A DNA stretch of 64,000 bases, from positions 126,866 through 190,865 of IMG/VR virus record IMGVR_UViG_3300021364_003460; one strand, given 5' to 3'. This stretch comes from a virus. The stretch's first letter is position 1; the number at the start of each line of letters is the position of its first letter. The notes under the pieces are model-generated. The model did not search any database and was not told the origin of the DNA. It saw only the letters and a list, made by a program, of their open reading frames with translations. A program made the translations under genes and the position numbers. Positions 20,912-31,095 of the stretch are shown in pieces.

Positions 20912-21513
20912 ATCTCTATCTTATTAATTACTTGTTGAGTTAACTTAGTTGGGTAATTAAAGTATTCACAAAAAATAGCAGCCGCTTCAATTCTACTATT
21001 ATTAACTGCTATATCAATATATTTATCTAAGTTATCCATTTCAAAGTTAACTTCATTAAAAAACCTTTCTAATCTTTCTCTAGGTAACACTTCATCTTGA
21101 GTGGTAAACAAAGAGTTGCTACCTATTAACCCTATAGAATTAACTTGAGTAATAGTATTCTTAAAAAAGATATCTTCAGTTAAATTATAACCAAACAAGT
21201 TGTTGTACCTATCTAAGTTTAGCTTAGGAAGCAATAAAGAATGTGTAGTTGGAGATAAATCTCTGTTTAGTATGTTGTAAGTTAGCTGTAAAAGTCTAAC
21301 TGGCTCTATTAAATTAGTAGGTTCAGTTAACTGAAAGTCGTCTACTATTATTGATTCTAGTGTAGAAAAGATTTGAGCTAACCCTACTTGAATATAATAA
21401 GGAAATAAAAATAATAAAGATGCCCCTGCTCTGTAATCAAAATAGTTAGAAATAGATTGAGTTAATAAAAAGTTAAAGTAATCTTTGTGAGTTTGGTTGA
21501 GTGTGTTTATCAT
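20893..21513 (-). CDS. Hypothetical protein (206 aa)
   Basis: ORF in the tail operon. Confidence 0.7.
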   Translation of the reverse strand: MINTLNQTHKDYFNFLLTQSISNYFDYRAGASLLFLFPYYIQVGLAQIFSTLESIIVDDFQLTEPTNLIEPVRLLQLTYNILNRDLSPTTHSLLLPKLNLDRYNNLFGYNLTEDIFFKNTITQVNSIGLIGSNSLFTTQDEVLPRERLERFFNEVNFEMDNLDKYIDIAVNNSRIEAAAIFCEYFNYPTKLTQQVINKIEIWNLNN

Positions 21514-21515
21514 AA

Positions 21516-22865
21516 TTAGAATTTAATATAGTTGGCTGGGTTTACTGCACCTTTACCATTTAAGCGTATCTCATAGTGGATATGCGCTCCTAAACTTGAT
21601 CCCGAATTACCTATTCTACCTATCATTTGACCTTGTTTTACACTTTGACCTTGAGATACCAAGCTAGAACTTAAATGAGCATATAAAGTATGTGAACCTT
21701 GATGTCTTAAATAAATAATGTTTCCATATCCTCCAAAACCTGAAGTACCACATCCACTACCTTTGAAACCATTAACAGGACAACTGGTATGTACTCTTTC
21801 TACTATTCCATCAGCAGAAGCATAAATGGGAGTTCCTATAGAAGCAGCTAAATCTACTCCTCTGTGCATTCTTCCCCATCTTGGACCATAAGGTGAAATA
21901 AATCTGTAAGTACCTTTCTTCATAGGATTAATGAATCCACCAGGCTTTAACTCACCTTTATAAGGTTCACTAATACCAGCAGCCTGATTGTTAACTGATT
22001 GATTAGGTTGATTATTAATAGCATTTACTCCAGGAGCAGCAGCCCCGCTACCTAACCCATTACCAAAGATAGGATTAGCAGTCTTCTGTAAACAACCTGG
22101 ATAGATAATTCTATCTTGCTGAGTGTAAGGAGGTGGTGGACAATTCTGACCTGTAAGTAAAGCAGACTGTATACCTGAACTTAGAGTAGCTAATCCATTA
22201 GAAATAACTGAAGCAGCATCTTGAGCTAGAGAACCTACTTGGTTAGCTGCATTAATAGTAGTATTAGCTAAGTCTCCTAATACAGAGCTGCCTAACACTT
22301 GCTGAGTCTTAATGTCCATTCCTCTAGATGCAGAGTTAGCTGACCAATAGCCTCCTCCAGTTCTTCTTTTTAATCTAGGGTCATAATCAGTATACAAAAA
22401 AGAAGCTTGGGCAGTAGGCATCTTAGAATCTCTATTTAATCTACCAGCAGCTATATCTAAGTATCTAGCAGGCAGAATGTTTAACAACATTAATTCACCC
22501 TGAGTTTGAGGCTTTCTTTTAGCTTGTTTTAGCCAATAAGAAAGATGAGTTCTATCCCATATCTCTAGTTGTTTAGCAGGTCCAGCATTTTTAAACCCCT
22601 CAAAGCCCCCAACCTCAGCTATTCCTCCATTGGAAAGAATACTACTAACTGATCTACAAGCTTGTACAACCCCTACACAAGTACCACTATCTCTTCTAGC
22701 ATTAAACCCTTCAGCTTCTACCATAACCATTTTAACTATCCATTCTTCAGCTATTCCATGTTTAGCTGATATAGATTTAATAGTTTTCTTAACTTTTTCA
22801 CCTTCAGCAGCATCTATATATTTTTTTCTAATACTGTCTTCAACTGCTCTATCTAATAAACTCAT
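21516..22865 (-). CDS. Two-domain muralytic enzyme: lysozyme/SLT-like N-terminus plus M23 endopeptidase
   Basis: N-terminal MVMVEAEGFNA...CVGVVQ (catalytic E, GxxQ); C-terminal SPYGPRWGRMHRGVDLAA and GAHIHYE (HxxxD/HxH). Confidence 0.85.
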   Translation of the reverse strand: MSLLDRAVEDSIRKKYIDAAEGEKVKKTIKSISAKHGIAEEWIVKMVMVEAEGFNARRDSGTCVGVVQACRSVSSILSNGGIAEVGGFEGFKNAGPAKQLEIWDRTHLSYWLKQAKRKPQTQGELMLLNILPARYLDIAAGRLNRDSKMPTAQASFLYTDYDPRLKRRTGGGYWSANSASRGMDIKTQQVLGSSVLGDLANTTINAANQVGSLAQDAASVISNGLATLSSGIQSALLTGQNCPPPPYTQQDRIIYPGCLQKTANPIFGNGLGSGAAAPGVNAINNQPNQSVNNQAAGISEPYKGELKPGGFINPMKKGTYRFISPYGPRWGRMHRGVDLAASIGTPIYASADGIVERVHTSCPVNGFKGSGCGTSGFGGYGNIIYLRHQGSHTLYAHLSSSLVSQGQSVKQGQMIGRIGNSGSSLGAHIHYEIRLNGKGAVNPANYIKF

Positions 22866-22919
22866 ATACTAAAAATACCTCTATACAGTTAATTATATAA
22901 AGGTATCTTTAGTATATGT
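22863..22919 (-). promoter_or_regulatory. Hairpin covering the SD and AUG of the SLT-M23 gene, with an internal TATAAT
   Basis: 11-bp perfect arms 22863-22873/22909-22919, inner arms 22876-22881/22902-22907; minus-strand TATAAT at 22893-22898. Confidence 0.55.
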
Positions 22920-22934
22920 TTAATAAGTGAGTTG

Positions 22935-23351
22935 TTAGCTAATTACTACCATTCCTAATTTTAACTGTTCTATAGGAAACTTAGTTATATCTATTTCTCC
23001 TACACCTTCTAATTTAGGTAACTTATATGTTGCTCCAACTAAATCAAAGTTAGTATCTGTGGCAGGCATATAAGTATAGTCAATTAAGCATCTTATTATC
23101 TGATAGTTAGTATTCTCTAAATTATATTCAAGATTAATACACCTACGTCTGCTTACATAATTTTGTCTACTTCTACTATACTCTTGTTTAATAAAACTAC
23201 TGTATATAAAACCGTCTTCTAATAAAAAAGCAGTTTGAAGCTCTCCATTTAAGTAATCTATATTAGGGCAATTTAAATATTTAAAATAAATAGTAGCTTT
23301 ATCAAAACTTCCTATTATTTCTGAATTACATATTAAGTTAATTTTATTCAT
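22935..23351 (-). CDS. Hypothetical protein (138 aa; start revised to MNKINL)
   Basis: ATG at 23351 overlaps the amidase stop; the longer ORF-track start lies deep inside the amidase gene. Confidence 0.55.
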   Translation of the reverse strand: MNKINLICNSEIIGSFDKATIYFKYLNCPNIDYLNGELQTAFLLEDGFIYSSFIKQEYSRSRQNYVSRRRCINLEYNLENTNYQIIRCLIDYTYMPATDTNFDLVGATYKLPKLEGVGEIDITKFPIEQLKLGMVVIS

Positions 23352-23820
23352 TCTCAATAGCAAAAAAGATTTCTTTAGTTTTAGGATAACTATTCCATAA
23401 CTTCTCAAACTTAGCTCTATCAAAACTTCTGGGGTCTTGTCTGCTTCCACTTAGGTCAATATCTTTATGTAAAACTATTCTATCTAAAGATATCCCAGTT
23501 TTAGCAGTTAACCAAGCTAAAGAATAATACTGTAAATTAGTATATCCAGAGTGGTCAGTCACTTCTGGAATACTATCTAAAGGGGATTCTAAAGCTATAT
23601 GATAAGCAAACTCATCTACAGAGTTATCAATAGATTCTCCATTAAAAGAAGCATTATTACCAGCTTTAGCTATTTCATCCGGAGGTATTAAATAGGTTAT
23701 TTCTCCAGATAAAGAGATGATAACATGGTAAGAAATTGTATTAGGATTAGCTTGGATTATCTTAATTGCTTCTTCTTTAGAAGATATAGTCTCATGAATA
23801 ACTATAATTGGTTTATACAT
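23344..23820 (-). CDS. N-acetylmuramoyl-L-alanine amidase (Amidase_2 type)
   Basis: IVIHET, SYHVII, HIALES, HKD..and QDP provide the Zn ligands H/H/D and the catalytic E; resembles cyanobacterial homologues. Confidence 0.9.
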   Translation of the reverse strand: MYKPIIVIHETISSKEEAIKIIQANPNTISYHVIISLSGEITYLIPPDEIAKAGNNASFNGESIDNSVDEFAYHIALESPLDSIPEVTDHSGYTNLQYYSLAWLTAKTGISLDRIVLHKDIDLSGSRQDPRSFDRAKFEKLWNSYPKTKEIFFAIENE

Positions 23821-26125
23821 CTTTAGAGTTCTTAATAAAATTAATAATATCTTGAGTTGCTTTAGATATTACAGATTTAGCAGTAGGATTAAAATTAGTT
23901 CCATTAATATTAGTAAACATAGATATTATGTAAGACTTGTTATTAATACTAACTAAACCTGCGTTTCCAGTAACTTGAGTAGTAAAACCAGCTTTATTAG
24001 CTATTGCATTACTATAATTAAACTTATAAATATTAGTTTCTAAAGCATTTCTAACTACAGAAGTACCTGTTCTAGTAGAAGAGTAAATTTTATTTAAAGC
24101 AGTTGATATATCTGTAACTGTTGATTTATTATTACCTGGGTTTCTTTTATCAGCAGACATGTTTAAGTAATTTACAAATCTAGTAGAAGAATAACCACTT
24201 AATAGATTATTTATCTGGTTTAACCCTCCTAAATTTTTTATCAACATATTAGTTTCTAAATTTGTAGAGTTCTTTAACATTTGAATTAAACAGTTTTCTA
24301 CAGTTATAGATGTTCCTAAATTACCTCCTTCTACAGGAATTACATCTTCTGTTATATGAAGTAAAGTAGATAAACTTAAATTTCCACTTTGTAATTTATC
24401 TAAAATTAAATCAGCTACTATTAACTTAATAGTAGAAGCTGGTGTTAAAGGAGAACTATTAACATCAACACCATAAAAATTACTATTTGTTTTTACTCCT
24501 ATAGAGTGTAAATTATATTTGGTTTTTATCTGTTGTAAAAATATATTAAAATCTGAATTAGGATTACTAGTAGTTGATAAGTTTTGAGAAGTAGAGCAAA
24601 ACAAAGTATCCTTAGCTTTCTGATTACCTACAAACCTCCAATGCCAAGGCTCATAATCAATACCCTCTGAGTTACCTTTAAAATAGCTTAATTCTAAACC
24701 AAATTTAGTTGCATTCTTCTGAATAAACTTAAAAGCATCTGTTTGTTCAAAGGATTGATTAAGATTCTTTTTATCCAATCCATCATCTAAGTCCATAGCA
24801 TATCCTGTATGGTGTTCACTAAAACCAGGTTTTGCATTGACTTTAAATATTTGGGAGTCTGATTGACCTTCTTTTCTTTTTCTATTTATAATAGCTTGTT
24901 GGTCAGTAATACTTCTAAAACCAGAAACTAATATAATTTTAATGCCTTCTTTTTGAGCAGCTTTCTTTAAGTCAACAAAAGCTTTTGCAGCATCAGGATG
25001 TAACTTAACTCCATTCTCTACTTGAATTAGCTGAGTAGCATCTTTATATTTACATCCTCTAGGTTTAGTATTTACAGGGACTTTCTCTTCTTTAGGTTTA
25101 TAGTCAGGTTTATTTTGCTGCCCTTCTACATACTGCTCCCCTTGAGGTAACTCACTACCTAAAGCAGCTTGCATTTGTAATCCTACTAATTGTCTAGCTG
25201 CATCTCCTCTATTACAAGCCTGAGCTTGCTCTAAATACATCTGAGCTAACTTTTTATATTGGTCTATAAAATATGAGTTAGGAAAAGGACTTCTTAAACT
25301 AGACTGACTTTTAACATTACTTTGTTTACTAACTATAGGTTTTATTCCTGTAGTCTTTTTAGCTTCTTCTGGTGTAGTTTCTTTAATGATAGAAGTCTGA
25401 GCTAACAAGTCAGCTTGTCTATTATAATAATTAGCAAAGTCAACCAATTTAGCACATTTACTTTCAGCAGTACCCTCAGCTACATTAATAATATTAGCAG
25501 TGTAATTGATAATAGAATTAAAAGCATAGTTTACTTTATCTCCTACAGAAGTGGCTAAGTCTATAATCCCAGGTTGTCTATTAGCTTTAGCCTTGTCTTC
25601 TAAATTATCTGTAAACTCAGGAGAAGTAAAACTATCATATAGATTGTTAGTTCCATATAAGTTGATAGTAGCTGCTGGGTCAGTAATCCTATTTGGATGA
25701 CCTGAAGGTTGTTGAATTTCATATAACTGATTACTGTATTCTTCTAATTGAGCAAACTCTTGTAACTTACCTTCTTGATAGTATTTATCATAATTACCCT
25801 CAGTGTAAATAACTCCAGTAATAAACACTTCATCCCAACTACCATTAGCACAACTTAAAGAAACTAGAGTACCTTCATCTAAAGGAGCATATCTACCAAC
25901 TCCATTAAAACCCCCTGTAGGAGATATATATTTACACCCTAAGAATAATGACCCTGTTTCTAATTCCTGTACATCATAAACCTGAGCTAAATGGTTCTCT
26001 CTACTTACGTTAACTATAGTTCCTTGCTTAACTATAGGGGTGTTAGAGTTGTTTCCTCTGTAAACATTATTAAGAGCATTATTCCAAGTGTAAGTATCAT
26101 TAGGATTATATATTTGATCTAACAT
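23813..26125 (-). CDS. Spike-type OB-fold + VanY (M15B) D,D-carboxypeptidase + class A beta-lactamase-like serine hydrolase fusion
   Basis: N-terminal GTIV.V...AQV...G.GRYAPLDEGTLV.L..ANG; SGFRS..Q, PGFSEHHTGYAMD, YEPWHWRFVG; STIK (24425-24436), STN, KAG (23987-23995). Confidence 0.8.
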   Translation of the reverse strand: MLDQIYNPNDTYTWNNALNNVYRGNNSNTPIVKQGTIVNVSRENHLAQVYDVQELETGSLFLGCKYISPTGGFNGVGRYAPLDEGTLVSLSCANGSWDEVFITGVIYTEGNYDKYYQEGKLQEFAQLEEYSNQLYEIQQPSGHPNRITDPAATINLYGTNNLYDSFTSPEFTDNLEDKAKANRQPGIIDLATSVGDKVNYAFNSIINYTANIINVAEGTAESKCAKLVDFANYYNRQADLLAQTSIIKETTPEEAKKTTGIKPIVSKQSNVKSQSSLRSPFPNSYFIDQYKKLAQMYLEQAQACNRGDAARQLVGLQMQAALGSELPQGEQYVEGQQNKPDYKPKEEKVPVNTKPRGCKYKDATQLIQVENGVKLHPDAAKAFVDLKKAAQKEGIKIILVSGFRSITDQQAIINRKRKEGQSDSQIFKVNAKPGFSEHHTGYAMDLDDGLDKKNLNQSFEQTDAFKFIQKNATKFGLELSYFKGNSEGIDYEPWHWRFVGNQKAKDTLFCSTSQNLSTTSNPNSDFNIFLQQIKTKYNLHSIGVKTNSNFYGVDVNSSPLTPASTIKLIVADLILDKLQSGNLSLSTLLHITEDVIPVEGGNLGTSITVENCLIQMLKNSTNLETNMLIKNLGGLNQINNLLSGYSSTRFVNYLNMSADKRNPGNNKSTVTDISTALNKIYSSTRTGTSVVRNALETNIYKFNYSNAIANKAGFTTQVTGNAGLVSINNKSYIISMFTNINGTNFNPTAKSVISKATQDIINFIKNSKDV

Positions 26126-26167
26126 ATTAATTAAATTCTTCTTTATAAAACTTCCAACCTTTATATT

Positions 26168-28009
26168 CTAGACATCTGAAACAGAAAGTAGCTGGGTTAC
26201 AAAGCCTTTATCACCTTGAGCAGTCAGTCTATGCTGCACTACTCTAACTGTGTAGTAAGGAAGAATAAGATTGTTAATATCAGAAGGTAATCTGTTCACA
26301 CTATTGATAGTATCATTAACAAATTTAGAAGCAACAAGATTAGCTTCACCTCTTTGGTCTTGAGGTAAGTCTTTTACTGTAGCAGCTACTTTTTTAATCT
26401 CATCTCCTCTCTTAGTTTCTGTAAAGTTAACAGCATCAGCTTTACTATCTACTACAGTATACGTCTTAAAATCATGCAAGAAAGTATTGTAAACTCTGAT
26501 AGCTTCACCTGGACAGAAAGTAGGGTCCCCTACTACTGACATTTCTATACCTTGAGTATCTCTACTCCAGACTCTAGCATTAGCTAAAGCAATAAGTAAT
26601 GCACCATACTCTTGGTTAGGATAGGTAGCTAAACCCCCATCATAGATAATCTGTGTTTTACAAGGTGGAGCTACTGACCTATTAGCTAACTTAGGGTCTA
26701 ATACAGAGTAGCCAAACCTTAGTGAGCCTATTAATGAAGTTGCAGATCCTTTAGTAGTAGAGCTGTCTACAATTACAAAGTTATTAAAACTAAACAATGA
26801 AGAGCTAACCACTCTCATAGATTGAATCATTGCATTGAAACTAGGCGGTTTAACATCAGGTACATCTTTAGGATAAGTTCTATGGAAGTAAGTTCTATAT
26901 TGTCTGTCTACATCATCAAACCCTGATTCATCTTTCACTCTTGGACCTAATATAAAATCTCCATTAATGTGACTAGCAAAGAAATCCATAGGTCTCTCTT
27001 CAGTCTTAGCTATGTAATCTACTATCTCTAATGGAGTTTTATTAAGAACTTGTAAACTAGCTTTAGGTTCACCTTTAACTATAGGAGGTTTCTCTACCCA
27101 AGTATTAAATCTAGGTTTGGCTCGGTCATTCATTATTCTACAAGTAGCAGTCTGAATCCAAGCTGCTGGATCTTGTTGAGGAAACTGTAAGTTAGTCTGT
27201 TCATTTTGTATAGTAAAACCTTTAACAGACATTCCTCTCTCAATCAGTCTCCAACATCTAGCCTTAGTTAAGTTTTCTCCAAAAGGATTACCACTAGCAG
27301 CATTAGCTAATTGTAATAAGATTTCTGTTCTATCTCCACTAGCTAACCCTGATAAAGTAGCTTCATTAGCAGCAGCCTCTTGATTAAGTGCATCTTTGTT
27401 AACTTTGCCTTGGAATGCTTTAAGACTAAGAACTCTAGTATCAGCAAAAACTCTAGTTCTATCTCTACATTGGAGAGTTACTTTAAAACCTTGAGGGTTG
27501 GCATCATAAGTAATGTTATCTATAAATCCCCAAAAGATAGGGCAAAGTGGTTTATCTGGATTGTGAGTTACTTCTTTATTACTATTATTAATATCAGTAA
27601 AGTTAAAAGGTACTTCATCTAGTAAGTCAGCAGTAATAGGAGTAGTTGAAGAAGATACATAACCTGCATATATTCTTATTTCATCTTCTCTATCTAAGTA
27701 AGGATAATCACCTCCTCTATACAACTTTACATCAGGTAAAGAAGGTAGGAACATAGCAGTGTCAGGTAACTCACAAGTTAATGTTATCTGTGCTCGACTA
27801 GTTCCCCAATCTCTAGTTAAGTTAACAATAATTTCTTTAAGAGTCCACTCTAACTTAACTTTTTTCTTTTCATTAGGATTCTCTGGGTTAATGTAATCCC
27901 CTTTATCCCCAAAGTGATTAGTAAATAGAATAGGTTGGGTATTAGACTCTGCTGTAGCTAATGTGATTGCAGCAGCAGGAGTAGCAGCTTCAGGTGAGTA
28001 TATTTTCAT
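26168..28009 (-). CDS. Baseplate hub protein (gp27/Mu gp44-like)
   Basis: IFWGFIDNI, TLQCRDRTR; C-terminal VVGDPTFCPGEAIRV...Y.V..VQH......FVTQL. Confidence 0.7.
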   Translation of the reverse strand: MKIYSPEAATPAAAITLATAESNTQPILFTNHFGDKGDYINPENPNEKKKVKLEWTLKEIIVNLTRDWGTSRAQITLTCELPDTAMFLPSLPDVKLYRGGDYPYLDREDEIRIYAGYVSSSTTPITADLLDEVPFNFTDINNSNKEVTHNPDKPLCPIFWGFIDNITYDANPQGFKVTLQCRDRTRVFADTRVLSLKAFQGKVNKDALNQEAAANEATLSGLASGDRTEILLQLANAASGNPFGENLTKARCWRLIERGMSVKGFTIQNEQTNLQFPQQDPAAWIQTATCRIMNDRAKPRFNTWVEKPPIVKGEPKASLQVLNKTPLEIVDYIAKTEERPMDFFASHINGDFILGPRVKDESGFDDVDRQYRTYFHRTYPKDVPDVKPPSFNAMIQSMRVVSSSLFSFNNFVIVDSSTTKGSATSLIGSLRFGYSVLDPKLANRSVAPPCKTQIIYDGGLATYPNQEYGALLIALANARVWSRDTQGIEMSVVGDPTFCPGEAIRVYNTFLHDFKTYTVVDSKADAVNFTETKRGDEIKKVAATVKDLPQDQRGEANLVASKFVNDTINSVNRLPSDINNLILPYYTVRVVQHRLTAQGDKGFVTQLLSVSDV

Positions 28010-28096
28010 ATAGTAATTTCATAAACAAATAACACCTAGTTAGTTAAACTAAGTGCTATTTTAAGAGTTTAATTAAGGTATTAAATAGGAAGTTAA

Positions 28097-28834
28097 TTAA
28101 ACCACATTACTATTTGAGTTAGTAGTATCAATTCCTTGTTGAATAGTAGAACCTCCAAACCTATTTGTTACATTAAAAGGTTTAAAGCTCTGTTGATAAC
28201 TTCCAGTTGGGTCTATAATATATCCTTCAGCTACACCTTCCCATCTGTTAGCAATAATACGTCTACCAGGCATAATACCTTCAGACATACTATCTAATTT
28301 ACATCTAACTAAATGAATTCTTCCTCTATTTTTAGTTTGTTCAGGAGGATTCAGAAAAGTAGAATTTTTTAATCCAGCCTCAATAGGATTAAAATACCCT
28401 TCTGAAGGTCTAGGTCCAGACTCAGCTACATAAACATTTTGATTTATGCCTGTAGTACCTTGTAAACCTATAGCATTATAATCAATTGTAATTTGAAATC
28501 TTGGACCTCTTCCTATGTAAACATCTCTATTAAGATCATTTGTTCCAAACCATGCAGATAAATTATCTACATTAATTTTACCCCTTTCTAGTACCCAGGC
28601 TATCTGAATCTCCCCATCATAGTATGTAGGAATTCTTTGACCTAAAGTAAGATAAGTTTCCGTAGCATTTCTAATAGTAAAAGTACAAGATTGAAATTGA
28701 CCAACATCTAATACTTGTCCTGTTGATAAGTCAGTAGCCCATACTTCTACATCAAACCCTTGCATAGGGTCTATCTGAGTATTGTTAACTACTGCTCTAA
28801 AAGGATTTCCAGTTAAACTGCCTCTTATAGTCAT
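28097..28834 (-). CDS. Tail tube protein
   Basis: Directly follows the sheath; VGQFQSCTFTI....ETY..LG....Y.DGE..I...LERG pattern. Confidence 0.75.
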   Translation of the reverse strand: MTIRGSLTGNPFRAVVNNTQIDPMQGFDVEVWATDLSTGQVLDVGQFQSCTFTIRNATETYLTLGQRIPTYYDGEIQIAWVLERGKINVDNLSAWFGTNDLNRDVYIGRGPRFQITIDYNAIGLQGTTGINQNVYVAESGPRPSEGYFNPIEAGLKNSTFLNPPEQTKNRGRIHLVRCKLDSMSEGIMPGRRIIANRWEGVAEGYIIDPTGSYQQSFKPFNVTNRFGGSTIQQGIDTTNSNSNVV

Positions 28835-28856
28835 ATTATTTTTTTTATTTAGTTAT

Positions 28857-31091
28857 TTAAATACCTTGAGAAGCTAATCCATCATCATTATTTCTAATAA
28901 TAGATATCTCAATTTCTCTGATTGAATATAGAGGTAAGAATCTGAAGCTTACATTGAGTTGTCCTAATGTATAAAGTCCAGGTGGATTATTTTCATTACC
29001 TACTAAAACACTGCTGTAATTAGCTATTTTTCCTTCTATAGAAAGCTGTCTTAAGTATTGCTCCACAGCTACTTGAACCTGACTTCTTACTCTTAAAGTA
29101 TGAGTTTCCCCAATATAGAAAGAAAGAACATCATATAAATCTTGTCTGATAGCGTCATAGCTTCTTCTAATATAGATATACTCCCAAGCAGGATCAGAAG
29201 TAAGAGTTCTACCTGTAGTAAATAAAAACGCTTGAGTAGCAGGATCTACATGAAGGACTTCTAACTTAGCATCTGTGTATAATTGCAATGCTGTAGAACT
29301 AGAGTTTCTAAAAGTATCTACTTCAGTAATATTTCTAACTGAACCAGCAGTTCTTCTAGCATTAGGAGATACATAAAAAGGAATAGCTGCAAGTACACCA
29401 GCATACAGAGCATCAGGAGACAAACCAAATCTAGGTGCATTAGGTTGACCAGCATAGGTAGCCCAACCAGCAACTTTAACCCCTCTTTGACTATTCAAAC
29501 CTACAGTTTCTTGTTTAGCAGCATTAGGAGATAGGTTAGGTCTAGCATTTAAGATTGCCACCCTTAAACCATCTTTGTCTTTAGCTTTCTCACAATGAGT
29601 AATAAGAGCTTGCTGAATAGCAGCACTAAACTTACCTGGAGTTAATACAATGTGAACTGGATAAGCTTCTAAAGCATTGATAGCTTTAATATAGTCATCA
29701 TCAGTTACAGAAGGACCATCATAACCATCTTCAAGTGATACATCTAGTAACTTAGAAGGTCCATAGTAATCTACATGTCTAATGTCATCTACATCAGTTA
29801 CAGTTACATCAGCAGGAGCCAATCTAACAGGAGACTGGTTAACTAGGTTAACCTCATAACCTACGGGGTCTACAAACTTAGGTAAGAAAATACCTTTAAT
29901 ATAGATAGATTCAGATAACTGATTTAGTAATCCATCTTTGTCTAAATCATTAAAGTTAAGTACATAAGATTCTGTACCTAATCTAGGGTTAAAGTTTCCA
30001 GCATTTAAGTCTGATACTTCTAACCTAAAAGAGTTTTGTGAATCTGGATATAAATTAACTCTAATATTATTACCATAGTCTCCAACATAATTAGCTTGAA
30101 GTCTAAGTAAAGGAGTACCGTTAATAGAATAAAAATCTCTATAAGCTACTCTTGCACCATCTTCACCTCCAGACATAAATACAGCATTAGCTGAAGTTAA
30201 AGCAGGTGTAGTTGTAATACCAGGACTAACTGTATCTAGTAACTCAAAGTAATAGCTAAATCTATTACCAATAGTACCTACAATATCAGTTTGATTACTA
30301 TCTAATTCAAAGACAACTCCATTGTTAGCATCATTAAGAATTATCTCTTCTAATACTTCTAAACCTGAGACTGCACTAATAAAATTAGTAGCTATTTGAT
30401 AAGGAATATCATTTTCATTAATAGGAATTGTAAATATATAAGAGTTAACTCTAACTTTAAATTCATCATCTTCAACTAGAGCTAAATCATTAGTTTGACC
30501 TACTTGACCAAAAGTAACTTCTACACCATTTGCTACTGTCTGAGTAATACCCTTGTCAGCAGTTAAGTCAACTGTAATGTTATCTGTTACAGTAGCCCAA
30601 TCAATAGTTTCATCTTCACCTAGTACAATAAATTTATAATTAATAGTAGCAACATTAGTAGTAATGTCAGTTACTTTAAAAAAGTATCTACCACTAACTG
30701 AGCCAGTATATTTTCCAGATGTTACTATTACTTCCTCAATGTTAGTAACTTCTTGAGGTAAGCCAATAAACTTAAGATTAAAGTAAAGTGTGTTTGCTTT
30801 GGTTGCTACACCAGTAAAACTAACTTGACCTTTAGCTGGTGTAGCATTACCTAATACTCTTACACAAAGAAAGTCTTCTGCCCCTTGGTCTCTAGCAGCC
30901 TGATATGCAAGTGAACCTATTGAAGTATCATATCCATAGTTGTTAGCAAAAAAGCTATCTCCAGTAATGAAAGTTGGAGTAGTAGACCCTCTGCTAAAAG
31001 TAGAAACAATTCCAATTCTATTTCTAATATTCTGCCTTATAGGAGTAAAACCAACATTATTCTCTATAAAGCTAATGGAGGGAATTCTCAT
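28857..31091 (-). CDS. Contractile tail sheath protein
   Basis: IGIVSTFSRG..PT.I; ANYVGDYGNNI.V; sheath C-terminus (G+TL, YIYIRR..D.I, FRFLP..I..I). Confidence 0.92.
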   Translation of the reverse strand: MRIPSISFIENNVGFTPIRQNIRNRIGIVSTFSRGSTTPTFITGDSFFANNYGYDTSIGSLAYQAARDQGAEDFLCVRVLGNATPAKGQVSFTGVATKANTLYFNLKFIGLPQEVTNIEEVIVTSGKYTGSVSGRYFFKVTDITTNVATINYKFIVLGEDETIDWATVTDNITVDLTADKGITQTVANGVEVTFGQVGQTNDLALVEDDEFKVRVNSYIFTIPINENDIPYQIATNFISAVSGLEVLEEIILNDANNGVVFELDSNQTDIVGTIGNRFSYYFELLDTVSPGITTTPALTSANAVFMSGGEDGARVAYRDFYSINGTPLLRLQANYVGDYGNNIRVNLYPDSQNSFRLEVSDLNAGNFNPRLGTESYVLNFNDLDKDGLLNQLSESIYIKGIFLPKFVDPVGYEVNLVNQSPVRLAPADVTVTDVDDIRHVDYYGPSKLLDVSLEDGYDGPSVTDDDYIKAINALEAYPVHIVLTPGKFSAAIQQALITHCEKAKDKDGLRVAILNARPNLSPNAAKQETVGLNSQRGVKVAGWATYAGQPNAPRFGLSPDALYAGVLAAIPFYVSPNARRTAGSVRNITEVDTFRNSSSTALQLYTDAKLEVLHVDPATQAFLFTTGRTLTSDPAWEYIYIRRSYDAIRQDLYDVLSFYIGETHTLRVRSQVQVAVEQYLRQLSIEGKIANYSSVLVGNENNPPGLYTLGQLNVSFRFLPLYSIREIEISIIRNNDDGLASQGI

Positions 31092-31095
31092 GTTA

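Noticed and set aside
23813-24500. Beta-lactamase as an antibiotic-resistance gene
   Set aside because: Fused to a spike-like protein with no signal peptide; a peptidoglycan peptidase role is more parsimonious
1355-31091. Extracellular contractile injection system or tailocin
   Set aside because: Portal, protease and major capsid genes are present, so this is a phage
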